From an uncultured Coriobacteriales bacterium (lineage in GTDB: Bacteria > Actinomycetota > Coriobacteriia > Coriobacteriales > UMGS124), in assembly GCA_902464015.1 (NCBI GenBank), contig CABQHM010000006.1:8863-72862 (forward strand): 64,000 nucleotides of DNA, in the 5' to 3' direction. The notes beneath the pieces were generated by a model. It had not been told where the DNA came from. It made no database searches and worked only from the letters and a program-made list of their open reading frames with translations. The stretch's first letter is position 1; the number at the start of each line of letters is the position of its first letter. The position numbers and the translations under genes were made by a program. Positions 20,171 to 29,458 of the stretch are shown here, one piece after another.

Positions 20171-22561
20171 TTACTTCTTGCGGCTCTTCAGGATGAGCAC
20201 GATGGCAAGGACAACCACGACAACGCCGACGCCGGCTGCGATGTAGATGGGCGTGTTGTCAGTGGTGTCGCCCGTCTTGGCAATGCCGTTCTGCGGCTGG
20301 TTAGCGGCAGCGGTGACGGTGACGGTGCACTTGACGTTATGACCCTGCACAGTGCCGGTGACCTCGAAGGTGCCCGCCTTGGCGTAGAGGTCGGCATAGT
20401 TGGCAGGCGTGTTCCACGTTACCGTCTCATTGGTGGTGCTGCCGTCAGACCAACGCACGCTGGCCGTGGCAGGCAGGGTGGGAGCGGTGCCAGCCGTGGT
20501 GGTCGCCGTCAGGTTGTTTTGGATGCCGTTGATGAACTTAGTGTCGGCAGTCTTCCACTGGGCGTACAGCGTGGCGTTACTGCCGAGCGTGAGCTGGCCA
20601 CCGTTAACGATTGCGGTGCCGGTGCCGTCGGCTGCGGTGTTCCAACCAGCGAAGACGTAACCGTCACGCGTGAACGTAGAGGCGGGGAGGGTAACCGTGG
20701 TGCCCAGGTCGGCTGTCAGCACGTCCATGGCACCAGTGCCACCGTTGGCGTCGAAGGTGACCGTGCACTTCGTGGCAGGGGCGGCGACCCACTGGGCGAA
20801 GAGCGTCATGTTCTCGTGGATTGTGGGATCATCCTGGGGCATGTACTTGGTGCCGGTGCCGTCGGCCGCGGTGTTCCAGCTGTCGAAGACCTTGCCGGCG
20901 GGAGCCGTGAAGGCGCTGCCGGGTACGGTGTACTCGGCGTCAGCATCCACGTCTGCGGGGGACATCTCGCCAGTGCCGCCGTTGGCGTCAAAGCTCACGG
21001 TAAAGTGCGTGACAGGTGCAGGCTCAACATCCTTCCACTTGGCATAGAGGGTCGTGTAGCCTGCGAGCAGGCCCAGGCTCGTGCCTGCGGGATAGGTCTC
21101 GGTGCCGTCGGCGTTGGTCCAGCAGTCGAACTCCTGGCCCTCGGGTGCGGTGAAGGCGCACTCGGGAGCGGCGTACTCGTCCTCGGCATTAACGGTCACG
21201 GGGTCCATTTCGCCGGTGCCGCCGTTGGCCTCGAAGCTCACGGTGAACTGAGTGACGGGTGCGGGCTCGACGTCCTTCCACTTGGCGTAGAGGGTCGTGT
21301 CGCCTGCGAGCAGGCCCAGGCTCGTGCCTGCGGGGTAGGTCTCGGTGCCGTCGGCGTTCGTCCAGCAGTCGAACTCCTGGCCTTCGGGTGCGGTGAAGGC
21401 GCACTCGGGAGCGGTGTACTCGTCCTCGGCGTTAACGGTCACGGGGTCCATCGCGCCTTCGCCGCCGTTAGCGTCGAAGCTCACGGTGAACTGGGTGGCT
21501 GCGGGAGGCTCGGAGTCGCCTTCGCCCTTGCCGGCACCATCGCCCTCAATGACACCGCCGTCGGGCTGAGCGTTGCCATCGCCGGCTTCGCCCTGGTCGC
21601 CGGGCGTCGCGTCGCCGTCCACAGCGGGTGCCTGACCTGCGACGGTGAGGCTCGTGCTAGCGAGCCACTGGCCGTCGGCGTAGACGCTCACGGTTGCAAT
21701 GCCCTCGCCGAGCGTGGTGAGAGTCTCACCCTCAACCTGGGCAACATCGGGATTGTCGGAACCATAGGTTGCGCCGGGCAGCGTCACGGGCGTGCCGTTG
21801 TCGGTGGCCACGTAGCTCAGGGCAAGCTGAGTGCCCGGCTCATAGGTGCCGGTCTCGCTCTGCGTGCCGTCGGGCTGGGTGACAAAGACGGCGACCGTGA
21901 GGGCCGACGAGTCAACGGTTACCTTCATGGTGGCGGGGACAGGGGCCTCGGTGCCATCTTCCTGCAGGCCCGAAGCCTCAGTTGCGCGCACGTAGGCGCC
22001 ACCCTCGCTCAGGTTGCCGGCCTCGCTGGAGAACACGGCCACGAGATACATATCGCCGGTCTGGGTCTGGAAGAGAGCCACGCCGCAGTAGGCGTTCTCG
22101 GTGTTGGTGAACGGGCTCGCGTCGTTGAACCAAGAGGCGGTCATCTGCTCGACGGTTGCAGCGATGTCCGCGGTGTTGACGTTGGCTGCAGGGAGAAATG
22201 CTACACACTCTTGGCCGTTCTGTGCAGAATGTATGGCGTTCTCGGCGCACTGGGCCGCACGAGCCTGGGCCTGAGCCTCAAGAGCCTGCGTGGATTCCAG
22301 GGGAGCGGCCTCTCCGCGGGCGGCGTTCATGCTGTCGACGACGGACTGTGCCGAGGCCAGGTAGTAGGAGCCGCTGATCTGCGTGGTAACGGGTGCACTC
22401 GCCTGGCCCTCGGCCTGAGCTGCTTCGTCGGCCCATGTCACAGCAGGGGTAAAAGTGCTGGTGGAAGCCACAAAAGCGCCACCAGCAATCAGTGCGGCGG
22501 CGGCGAGTGTGACGCGACCGGCCAACCAGCCGGAAGTGTTGGTACGTGCCATATCGGTCAT
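20171..22561 (-). CDS. Cell-wall-anchored surface protein: signal peptide, CAP/SCP-like domain, Ig-like domains, four Flg_new (Listeria-Bacteroides type) repeats, and an LPXTG-like sorting signal
   Basis: Contains an N-terminal hydrophobic signal. The repeated motif FTVSF(D/E)ANGG.G.M...F.GW/CW.T..DG....Y......L....TLYA.W occurs four times. The C-terminus is IAKTGD + hydrophobic IYIAAGVGVVVVVLAIVLIL + KSRKK. RBS AAAGGAGA. Confidence 0.85.
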   Translation of the reverse strand: MTDMARTNTSGWLAGRVTLAAAALIAGGAFVASTSTFTPAVTWADEAAQAEGQASAPVTTQISGSYYLASAQSVVDSMNAARGEAAPLESTQALEAQAQARAAQCAENAIHSAQNGQECVAFLPAANVNTADIAATVEQMTASWFNDASPFTNTENAYCGVALFQTQTGDMYLVAVFSSEAGNLSEGGAYVRATEASGLQEDGTEAPVPATMKVTVDSSALTVAVFVTQPDGTQSETGTYEPGTQLALSYVATDNGTPVTLPGATYGSDNPDVAQVEGETLTTLGEGIATVSVYADGQWLASTSLTVAGQAPAVDGDATPGDQGEAGDGNAQPDGGVIEGDGAGKGEGDSEPPAATQFTVSFDANGGEGAMDPVTVNAEDEYTAPECAFTAPEGQEFDCWTNADGTETYPAGTSLGLLAGDTTLYAKWKDVEPAPVTQFTVSFEANGGTGEMDPVTVNAEDEYAAPECAFTAPEGQEFDCWTNADGTETYPAGTSLGLLAGYTTLYAKWKDVEPAPVTHFTVSFDANGGTGEMSPADVDADAEYTVPGSAFTAPAGKVFDSWNTAADGTGTKYMPQDDPTIHENMTLFAQWVAAPATKCTVTFDANGGTGAMDVLTADLGTTVTLPASTFTRDGYVFAGWNTAADGTGTAIVNGGQLTLGSNATLYAQWKTADTKFINGIQNNLTATTTAGTAPTLPATASVRWSDGSTTNETVTWNTPANYADLYAKAGTFEVTGTVQGHNVKCTVTVTAAANQPQNGIAKTGDTTDNTPIYIAAGVGVVVVVLAIVLILKSRKK
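21005..21493 (-). repeat. Two tandem 243-bp (81-codon) near-identical coding repeats inside the surface-protein gene
   Basis: CCTTCCACTTGGC recurs at 21031 and 21274, a 243-nt period. The encoded units differ at 5 of 81 residues. Two more diverged units follow between ~20530 and 21005. Confidence 0.85.
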
Positions 22562-22663
22562 CTCCTTTAAAGTGCATGAGGCGAATGCCTTGCACCGGAT
22601 TGGAAGTACTTCGGCATGACTGGTGCTATTTTACCTCATTTATGTGGGGGAGCCTTGCAACAA

Positions 22664-22695
22664 GACGGCCCACCGCCTTTAGGCGATGGGCCGTC
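22664..22695 (-). other. Stable hairpin ~100 nt upstream of the surface-protein start; possible additional terminator or leader structure
   Basis: GACGGCCCACCGCC-ttta-GGCGATGGGCCGTC, a 14-bp stem with one mismatch. On the minus strand it is followed by TTGTTG. Confidence 0.4.
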
Positions 22696-22732
22696 GCATA
22701 CCTGAAGTCAATTTAAGGACGCTGAAACCGCA

Positions 22733-22831
22733 AAAAGCAGGCGGCGCCGCAGCAAAGCGTACGAAGGTGATGTGTATGGCGCGCGCCCCTGGCGTACCAG
22801 AGGTACTTGAACCTTCGTGGAACGCGGCTGC
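22733..22831 (-). terminator. Second (duplicated) terminator-like module downstream of the glutamine synthetase gene
   Basis: Composite stem GCAGC..GCGT.ACGAAGGT (22749-22768) / ACCTTCGT..ACGC..GCTGC (22811-22831). A minus-strand CTTTTTG tract lies at 22731-22737. It shares the CAAAAAGCAG-N8-GCAGCAA(A/G)GCGTACG frame with the module at 22838-22870. Confidence 0.45.
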
Positions 22832-22837
22832 AGCCCT

Positions 22838-22927
22838 CAAAAAGCAGAAGCCCCTGCAGCAAGGCGTACGGGGCCGTAGCGTACTGGACGTACGTAAGGC
22901 CCCGTAGAACGCAGCTGCAGGGGCTTC
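22838..22927 (-). terminator. Rho-independent terminator of the type III glutamine synthetase gene (three-tier hairpin)
   Basis: It starts 9 nt after the stop. Outer 14-bp stem GAAGCCCCTGCAGC (22847-22860) / GCTGCAGGGGCTTC (22914-22927). Inner stem TACGGGGCC / GGCCCCGTA. Minus-strand TGCTTTTTG follows immediately. Confidence 0.75.
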
Positions 22928-22936
22928 GCAACTAAC

Positions 22937-25018
22937 TTACAGGTAGAAGAGGATGTCGTTGTAGGACGGGAGGGGCCAATACTCCTTGCTGCAGATAGAC
23001 TCCATGGCGTCGGCATCCTCGCGCAGCTTCTCCATGGCGGGGAGCACCTTGTCGCGGCAGGCCTCGCCGCGTGCCTGCACGTCGGCGGTGGCGATCATGG
23101 CATCGTGGGCCTCAACCAGCGCGTCGATGTCGTCGCTGATGGTGTCGGCACCGTCGGAGAGCTTCTTCAGCAGCTTGGTCTCGGCCTTGCACGCCACGCC
23201 CATGTCCTGTTTGATGGCCAGATTGGAGGCAACGTCGGCGGCATAGGCGTTCACGGCCGGCAGAATCTGCTTATTGGCCATGTCAATCATCGTGAGGGCC
23301 TCGATGTTGATGAGGTTCGCATACTGCTCGAGCTTGATCTCGTAGTGGCTCTTGGTCTCGACGCGGCTCATGACGCCGAATTCCTCGAGCAGGGCGATGT
23401 TCTTTTCCTTCATCATCGCGGGGGCAGCATCGGGCAGGGTGCGCAGGTTGGACAGACCGCGCTTGGCAGCCTCCTCAGTCCACTCGGCGCTGTAGCCGTC
23501 GCCGTTGAAGATGATGTGCTGGTGGTCGGTCAGGGTCTGCTTGATCCAGGCCATGGCGTCGGTCTCAAAGCTCGCGCTGCTCTCCATGGCGTTGGCGAAC
23601 TCCTTGAGCTCCTTGGCAACGGCCGTGTTGAGCACCATGTTGGGGTCGGACAGGTTCTGACGCGAGCCAGCGGCGCGGAACTCGAACTTGTTGCCCGTGA
23701 AGGCGAAGGGAGAGGTGCGGTTGCGGTCGGTGGTGTCCTTGGTGAGGTTGGGCAGCACCGGCACGCCCAGGTACATGCTCTCCTTGTCGTGGCTCTCGTA
23801 GGTCTTGCCCTCGATGATGGCCTCGACGATGCCGTTGAGCTGGTCGCCCAGGAAGATGGAGATGATTGCGGGCGGTGCCTCGTTGGCGCCCAGACGGTGG
23901 TCGTTGCCGGCCGAGGCGACGCTGACGCGCAGCATCTCCTGATAGTCGTCCACAGCGGCGATGACGCAGGTCAGGAAGACGAGGAACTGCAGGTTCTGCT
24001 CGGGGGTGTCGCCGGGGTCGAGCAGGTTCTGGCCGTCGGCGGACAGCGACCAGTTGTCATGCTTGCCCGAGCCGTTGATGCCCTCGAAGGGCTTCTCGTG
24101 CTCCAGGCACACCAGGCCGTGGTGGCTGGCGATGATCTTCATGAGCTCCATGACGAGCAGGTTGTGGTCAATGGCGACGTTGGCCTCCTCGAACACGGGG
24201 GCAAGCTCGTGCTGGCAGGGGGCGACCTCGTTGTGCTTGGTCTTTGCGGGCACAGCGAGCTTCCACAGCTCGGAGTCAAGCTCCTTCATGAAGCGGCTGA
24301 CGGTGGGGCGGATGGAGCCGAAGTAGTGCTCCTGGAGCTCCTGGCCCTTGTCGGGGGCGGCGCCGAAGAGAGTGCGGCCGCACAGGATGAGGTCGGGGCG
24401 CTTGGCGAAGTCCTCTTCCTTGATGAGGAAGTACTCCTGCTCGGGACCGACGGTGCTGACGACGCGGTCAGGATGCTTGCCGAAGAGGGCCATGACGCGC
24501 TTGGCCTGGTCGCTTACGGCAGTCATGGAGCGCAGAAGCGGGGTCTTCTTGTCGAGCGACTCACCGTTGTAGCTGATGAATGCCGTGGGGATGCACAGGA
24601 CGTCGTCCTTGATGAAGGCCGGGCTCGTGGGGTCCCAGGCGGTGTAGCCGCGTGCCTCAAACGTGGAGCGCAGGCCGCCGGAGGGGAAGCTCGAGGCGTC
24701 GGGCTCACCCTGTACGAGCTCCTTGCCAGAGAAGGTCATGATGGCCGTGCCGTCGCCGCCGGGGTTCAGGAACGAGTCATGCTTCTCGCTCGTGATACCG
24801 GTGAGGGGCTGGAACCAGTGGGTGTAGTGCGTGGCGCCCTGTTCAATGGCCCACTCCTTCATGGCGTGGGCGACGACGTTGGCCACCTCGATGTCGAGGG
24901 GCTCGCCCTGCTGGAGCGTCCTCATGAGTGCCTTGTAGGTCACCTTGGGGAGCTTCTCCTGCATGATCTTCTGGCTGAAGACCTTGCAGCCGAAGTACTC
25001 GCTGGGGTTGACTGCCAT
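22937..25018 (-). CDS. Type III glutamine synthetase (GlnN-type, ~690 aa)
   Basis: N-terminus [23 protein letters not shown]...[13 protein letters not shown] and central [10 protein letters not shown]...[17 protein letters not shown] are typical of GSIII. The length is 693 aa. Confidence 0.9.
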   Translation of the reverse strand: MAVNPSEYFGCKVFSQKIMQEKLPKVTYKALMRTLQQGEPLDIEVANVVAHAMKEWAIEQGATHYTHWFQPLTGITSEKHDSFLNPGGDGTAIMTFSGKELVQGEPDASSFPSGGLRSTFEARGYTAWDPTSPAFIKDDVLCIPTAFISYNGESLDKKTPLLRSMTAVSDQAKRVMALFGKHPDRVVSTVGPEQEYFLIKEEDFAKRPDLILCGRTLFGAAPDKGQELQEHYFGSIRPTVSRFMKELDSELWKLAVPAKTKHNEVAPCQHELAPVFEEANVAIDHNLLVMELMKIIASHHGLVCLEHEKPFEGINGSGKHDNWSLSADGQNLLDPGDTPEQNLQFLVFLTCVIAAVDDYQEMLRVSVASAGNDHRLGANEAPPAIISIFLGDQLNGIVEAIIEGKTYESHDKESMYLGVPVLPNLTKDTTDRNRTSPFAFTGNKFEFRAAGSRQNLSDPNMVLNTAVAKELKEFANAMESSASFETDAMAWIKQTLTDHQHIIFNGDGYSAEWTEEAAKRGLSNLRTLPDAAPAMMKEKNIALLEEFGVMSRVETKSHYEIKLEQYANLINIEALTMIDMANKQILPAVNAYAADVASNLAIKQDMGVACKAETKLLKKLSDGADTISDDIDALVEAHDAMIATADVQARGEACRDKVLPAMEKLREDADAMESICSKEYWPLPSYNDILFYL

Positions 25019-25107
25019 TTAAACCGCCTTCTCTCGATGACGCCGCGCATCGCGCGGACGTCTTGGACACAAAGCTCGGTGCATGTCGCAAACTCTAGGA
25101 GTCGAAT

Positions 25108-25123
25108 GTTTCGTTCACTTTAC
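25108..25123 (-). promoter_or_regulatory. Candidate actinobacterial GlnR-type box upstream of the glutamine synthetase gene
   Basis: The minus strand reads GTAAA-GTGAAC-GAAAC, resembling the gTnAc-n6-GaAAc half-site pair. It lies ~90-105 nt upstream of the start at 25018. A further GTCAC lies 12 nt upstream. Confidence 0.25.
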
Positions 25124-25225
25124 GGTCGTGGGAAGCGTTCGTGACCGTATGATATCGCCGATGGAAACTATAAGGCTGGCCGTGTGGCCGGCCACCCCAC
25201 TTTCACATGCAATGGAAGGTGCTTC

Positions 25226-28057
25226 ATGGAACAAGAACACGACGTGGCGGCCGCAAGGCCTCTGACGTTTGCTGTCATTGACGGCAACTCCCTCATGCAT
25301 CGCGCATTTCATGCGGTGCAGACGCCCATGAACGCTCCCGACGGCCGACCCACCAACGCCATCTTCGGTTTCATGGGCATGTTTTTGCGCCTGGTGGAAG
25401 ACTTCCACCCCGATGGCATCATGGTCGCCTTCGACAAGGGCCGCCCCACGGTGCGTATGGAGATGCTTCCCCAGTACAAGGCGCAGCGCCCCCCGCGCGA
25501 CCCGCTGCTTTCCGAGCAGTTCCCCATGATGCGCGAGCTGCTCGAGGCTATGCATGTGCCGGTGTATGCCGTCGAGGGCTGGGAGGGCGACGACCTGCTT
25601 GGCACGCTTGCCAGGCAGGGCGAGGAGCTGGGCCACAGGATGCTGCTTGTCACGGGCGACCGCGACGCCTACCAACTTTCCGACGGCAACGTCTCGATCC
25701 TCTCCAACAGGAAGGGCATGAGCGACGTCGCCATCATGAGCCCGGAGGAGATCTGCGCGCTTTACGAGGGCGTGAAGCCCGAGCAGATTCCCGACTTCTA
25801 CGGCCTCAAGGGCGACACGAGCGACAACATCCCCGGTGTGCCCGGCATCGGCCCCAAGAAGGCGGCCGCGCTCATCGTGCAGTACGGCTCGCTTGACGCC
25901 GTGCTCGCTGACGCCGACAACATCAAGGGCAAGATGGGCGAAAACATCCGCAACCATGCCGACGATGCCCTGGTGTCGCGCGAGGTTGCCCGCATCCGTC
26001 GTGACGCGCCGGTCACGTTCGACGCTCAGGCGGCCCTGTGGCCCTCCTTTGATGCGGCTGAGGTTGAGCGTGCCTTTGACGTACTGGCGCTGCGCACCCT
26101 CAAGGGCCGCGTGCTGCGCTGCTCGTGCGGGGCGCAGGCCGATCAGAGCGACAATGCGGCATGCGCCTGCGCGCAGGAGCAGGGTCCGAACCTGCCTGCC
26201 GAGCCCCTGCAGGGACAGGCTGCTTGGGATTGCCTGAAGCAGGCTTGCGATTGCGACGCCTGGGTGGGCGCCTTCTTCGACGAGGGCCAGGACACCGGCT
26301 CGCTTTTCGGCAGCGCGCAGACCCTGTGGCTCGCCTGTGCGTCGGGATGGCAGATGGCTGAGGGCGCGCCCTCCCAGGAGCCGGCGTGCCTTTTGCGCTT
26401 CGACGGTGACGACGCCCTCGAGGCCCTGCTTATGGCGTATGAAGGCTGCAAAGTCGTCTCGTTCGACACCAAGGCCGACCTGCGTCGCCTCTACCCGCTT
26501 GACTCTTCCGAGTCTGCGCGCCTTGATGCCGCAGAGTTCGCCTCTACCCGCAGCTCTGAGGTGTTCGACGCCGGGGTGGCCGCCTATCTGCTCGATTCGG
26601 ACCGCTCCGACTTCGAGCCCAGCGTGCTTGTGGGGGCGTTCTTGCCCTGGAGCCTTCCCGCCCTGGAGTTCCCGGCCGCACCGAAAAAGGGCAGGGGAAC
26701 ACCTGCTCCCGCTCCCACCGAGGAGTCGAGCGCGGCGCGCGGGGCATGCGCGGCCGCTTCGCTTCTGGCGCTGCGCGAGGTGCTTGACGAGCTTCTTGAG
26801 CAGGACGGCACGAAGGCGTGTATGACCGACATCGAGATGCCGCTTGTCGCGGTGCTCGCGGTGCTTGAGCGCAACGGCATGAAGGTGGATCCTGAGGTTC
26901 TCGCCCATCAGTCCGGCCTGCTCACGGGCCAGATTGAGGAGATTCGCTCGCGCATCTTCGACCTTGCAGGCCAAGAGTTCAACATCGACTCGCCCGCCCA
27001 GCTCTCCGGCGTGCTCTTCGACACGTTTGGGCTTCCGACGCGCGACCCCGAGACGGGCCGACCTCTCAAGAAGACCAAGACCGGCTTCTACTCCACAAAC
27101 GCCAAGCTTCTCGAGGGCTTTGCATGCGACTACCCCGTGGTGGCCGATGTCCTCGACTATCGCGAGCGCGTGAAGATCAAGTCGACCTACCTTGACGCGC
27201 TGCCTCGCCAGATTCTCGGCGACGGCAGGGTGCACACCACCTACAACCAGACAGTCACGGCTACTGGCAGGCTCTCCTCCTCGGACCCCAACCTGCAGAA
27301 CATCCCCGTGCGCAGCGACCTGGGCCGCATGGTGAGGACGGCCTTTGTGCCCGCCGGTCCCGACAACGTCATCTTGTCGTGCGACTACTCGCAAATCGAG
27401 TTGCGGCTGCTTGCGCACCTGTCGGGCGACGAGGGCCTCGTCGAGGCGTTCTTGAGCGGGGAGGACTTCCATCGCGAGACGGCCTCGAAGGTCTTCGGCG
27501 TGCCGGCGGCCGAGGTGACACCTGCACAGCGCTCCCGCGCCAAGGCGGTCAACTTCGGCATCGTCTACGGTCAGACGGCCTGGGGTCTGTCCCAGACGCT
27601 CAAAATCTCCGCCGCCGAGGCTCAGGAGATGATCGACCGTTACTACGCGACGTATCCCGGCGTACGTGTCTACCTCAACGACCAGGTGGAACTTGCGCGC
27701 AAGCAGGGCTTTGTGCAGACGATGTTCGGACGCAAGCGCCATGTGCCCAACATTGCGGCGCGTGTGCCGGCCGTGCGCCAGTTTGCCGAGCGCACGGCAA
27801 TGAACCACCCCATGCAGGGCTCCGCGGCCGACATCATCAAGCTTGCTATGGTGCGTGTGCAGCGCAAGCTGTTGGAAGGAGCGTTTAAGGCAAAAATGAT
27901 TGTCCAGGTGCACGACGAGCTTGACTTCGACTGCCCGCGCAGCGAGGTCGAGGCATTGCAGGAGATGGTGGTCGAGCAGATGCAGGACATCGCGGAGCTT
28001 CGTGTTCCCCTGCTCGTTTCCTGCTCCATCGGTCAGAACTGGGCGGAGGCGAAATAG
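25226..28057 (+). CDS. polA: DNA polymerase I
   Basis: 5'-nuclease N-terminus (VIDGNSLMHRAFHA, LVTGDRDAYQL, GLKGDTSDNIPGVPGIGPKKA). Pol A motifs DYSQIELR, RSRAKAVNFGIVYG and QVHDEL. RBS GGAAGGTG before ATG 25226. Confidence 0.95.
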   Translation: MEQEHDVAAARPLTFAVIDGNSLMHRAFHAVQTPMNAPDGRPTNAIFGFMGMFLRLVEDFHPDGIMVAFDKGRPTVRMEMLPQYKAQRPPRDPLLSEQFPMMRELLEAMHVPVYAVEGWEGDDLLGTLARQGEELGHRMLLVTGDRDAYQLSDGNVSILSNRKGMSDVAIMSPEEICALYEGVKPEQIPDFYGLKGDTSDNIPGVPGIGPKKAAALIVQYGSLDAVLADADNIKGKMGENIRNHADDALVSREVARIRRDAPVTFDAQAALWPSFDAAEVERAFDVLALRTLKGRVLRCSCGAQADQSDNAACACAQEQGPNLPAEPLQGQAAWDCLKQACDCDAWVGAFFDEGQDTGSLFGSAQTLWLACASGWQMAEGAPSQEPACLLRFDGDDALEALLMAYEGCKVVSFDTKADLRRLYPLDSSESARLDAAEFASTRSSEVFDAGVAAYLLDSDRSDFEPSVLVGAFLPWSLPALEFPAAPKKGRGTPAPAPTEESSAARGACAAASLLALREVLDELLEQDGTKACMTDIEMPLVAVLAVLERNGMKVDPEVLAHQSGLLTGQIEEIRSRIFDLAGQEFNIDSPAQLSGVLFDTFGLPTRDPETGRPLKKTKTGFYSTNAKLLEGFACDYPVVADVLDYRERVKIKSTYLDALPRQILGDGRVHTTYNQTVTATGRLSSSDPNLQNIPVRSDLGRMVRTAFVPAGPDNVILSCDYSQIELRLLAHLSGDEGLVEAFLSGEDFHRETASKVFGVPAAEVTPAQRSRAKAVNFGIVYGQTAWGLSQTLKISAAEAQEMIDRYYATYPGVRVYLNDQVELARKQGFVQTMFGRKRHVPNIAARVPAVRQFAERTAMNHPMQGSAADIIKLAMVRVQRKLLEGAFKAKMIVQVHDELDFDCPRSEVEALQEMVVEQMQDIAELRVPLLVSCSIGQNWAEAK

Positions 28058-28058
28058 T

Positions 28059-28973
28059 GTGCAGAGTGTTGAGGCGTCCCCTGCGTCCAAAGTCACGGGC
28101 GAGCACCTGGGTCTTGGCATCGCCTTTACCTTGTTGGGTGGCGTGGGCTGGGGCTTTTCCGGCACGTGCGCGCAGCTCCTGTTCACCAACTACGACGTGG
28201 AGCCTACATGGCTTGTCGCAGCGCGCATGGTCATCGCGGCGCTCATGTTTGCCCCTCTCGTCTTTGGCACGCATCGCCGCGAAGAGGCTGAGCTGATACG
28301 TGACAAGCCAAACATCCTGATAACGCTGGTGTTTGCCGTTTTTGGCCTGTTCGCCTGCTCAAGCAGCTACCTCATGTCGATTCAGGCGAGCGACGCGGGC
28401 ACGGCCACCGTGCTGCAGTCGCTCAACCTGCTCCTTATCCTTGTGGTTTCATGCGTGCAGATGCATCGTCTGCCCAAGCGCAAGGAGGCCATCGGCGTGG
28501 TGTTGGCGCTGGTGGGCACGTTCCTCATTGCCACACAGGGGTCGTTCACGTCGCTGTCCATCTCGGCGGCGGCGCTTTTTTGGGGCATATGCAACGCGGT
28601 TGCCTGTGCGCTGTACACGCTCTTGCCCGCCAAGCCCCTTGCCCGCCATGGCTCGGTGGCGGTCACGGGTACGGCGATTTGCATTGCGGCGGTAGTCGCC
28701 TGCGTCGTGTACCAGCCCTGGAGCCACATGCCCACGCTTGACCTCGTGGGCTGGCTTGCCGTGTTCGCCGTGGCGGCAATCGGCACCTTCGGGTCGTTCT
28801 TGCTCTACGTCACCGGCGTCAAGATTGTCGGCAGCCTCTTGGCGGGTCTTCTTGCGAGCACCGAGCCCATCGTGGCATGCGTGCTGTCCGTCGTGTGGAT
28901 GGGCACCGTCTTCTCTGGGTTCGATCTGGTGGGAATGGCTCTTATCATCATCATGATGTTCCTGATGGTATAA
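28059..28973 (+). CDS. DMT superfamily (EamA-like) transporter
   Basis: About ten hydrophobic segments, with duplicated EamA-type halves (FTLLGGVGWGFSGTC... and ...LVGTFLIATQG). GTG 28059 lies just after the polA stop. The start is uncertain. Confidence 0.75.
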   Translation: MQSVEASPASKVTGEHLGLGIAFTLLGGVGWGFSGTCAQLLFTNYDVEPTWLVAARMVIAALMFAPLVFGTHRREEAELIRDKPNILITLVFAVFGLFACSSSYLMSIQASDAGTATVLQSLNLLLILVVSCVQMHRLPKRKEAIGVVLALVGTFLIATQGSFTSLSISAAALFWGICNAVACALYTLLPAKPLARHGSVAVTGTAICIAAVVACVVYQPWSHMPTLDLVGWLAVFAVAAIGTFGSFLLYVTGVKIVGSLLAGLLASTEPIVACVLSVVWMGTVFSGFDLVGMALIIIMMFLMV

Positions 28974-29018
28974 AATCGGGTTGCACGTCTTTGTCCGTTC
29001 GTTGAATCGAGGTTTACC

Positions 29019-29456
29019 ATGACCGATTCCTACAAGAAGATCTTCGTATCGCTTGACGGTACCGAGATGCAGTCCGAGGTTTTCGCCCGCGCTTGCGAGA
29101 TTGCCGCTGCCAGCGGCGCCGAGCTCTATGTGGGCCACGTCATCGACTCCACGCCCATGCAGGCTGCCGGCACCTATCCTGCCACGCTCATCCCCAGCCT
29201 CGAGAAGGCTTGGAAGGACTCCATCGAGGCCGATGTGGAGAGCGCCCGCAAGCTCGGCACCATCAAGTCCATTACCGTCGAGGCCAAGGCCGGCCGCGTT
29301 CGCGAGACCCTTATGGATGATTTCGTGAACGAGATCAAGCCTGACCTGGTCATCTGCGGCGCCCGCGGCCTTTCGAACATCAAGTACGCGATTCTCGGCT
29401 CCATCTCCACGTTCCTCGTGCGCAGCTGTGAGTGCGATGTCCTGATCGTTAAGTAG
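29019..29456 (+). CDS. Universal stress protein (UspA family)
   Basis: 145 aa with KKIFVSLDGTEMS...HVIDS...DLVICGARGLSNIKYAILGSISTFLVRSCECDVLIV, the canonical Usp ATP-binding tail G-x2-G-x9-G(S/T). Confidence 0.88.
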   Translation: MTDSYKKIFVSLDGTEMQSEVFARACEIAAASGAELYVGHVIDSTPMQAAGTYPATLIPSLEKAWKDSIEADVESARKLGTIKSITVEAKAGRVRETLMDDFVNEIKPDLVICGARGLSNIKYAILGSISTFLVRSCECDVLIVK

Positions 29457-29458
29457 GG

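Noticed and set aside
19978-20196. A 72-aa Cys-rich ORF (MAGLFCLTADEHGIYLADSYICIGIYTYCKAG...) in the AT-rich gap.
   Set aside because: It starts inside the malic-enzyme terminator stem, has no RBS, runs through the opposite-strand terminator and overlaps the 3' end of the surface-protein gene. The Cys residues arise from TG-rich palindromic DNA.
25115-28189. A 1024-aa ORF antisense to polA. Similar very long antisense ORFs are 20153-22570, 8577-10295, 42507-44591, 60693-63500, 30192-32348, 23105-25144 and 57642-59123.
   Set aside because: These are classic high-GC shadow ORFs. They are fully nested opposite strongly conserved genes. Their translations are low-complexity Arg/Ala/Gly/His/Val-rich strings without any recognisable motif, RBS or independent intergenic context.
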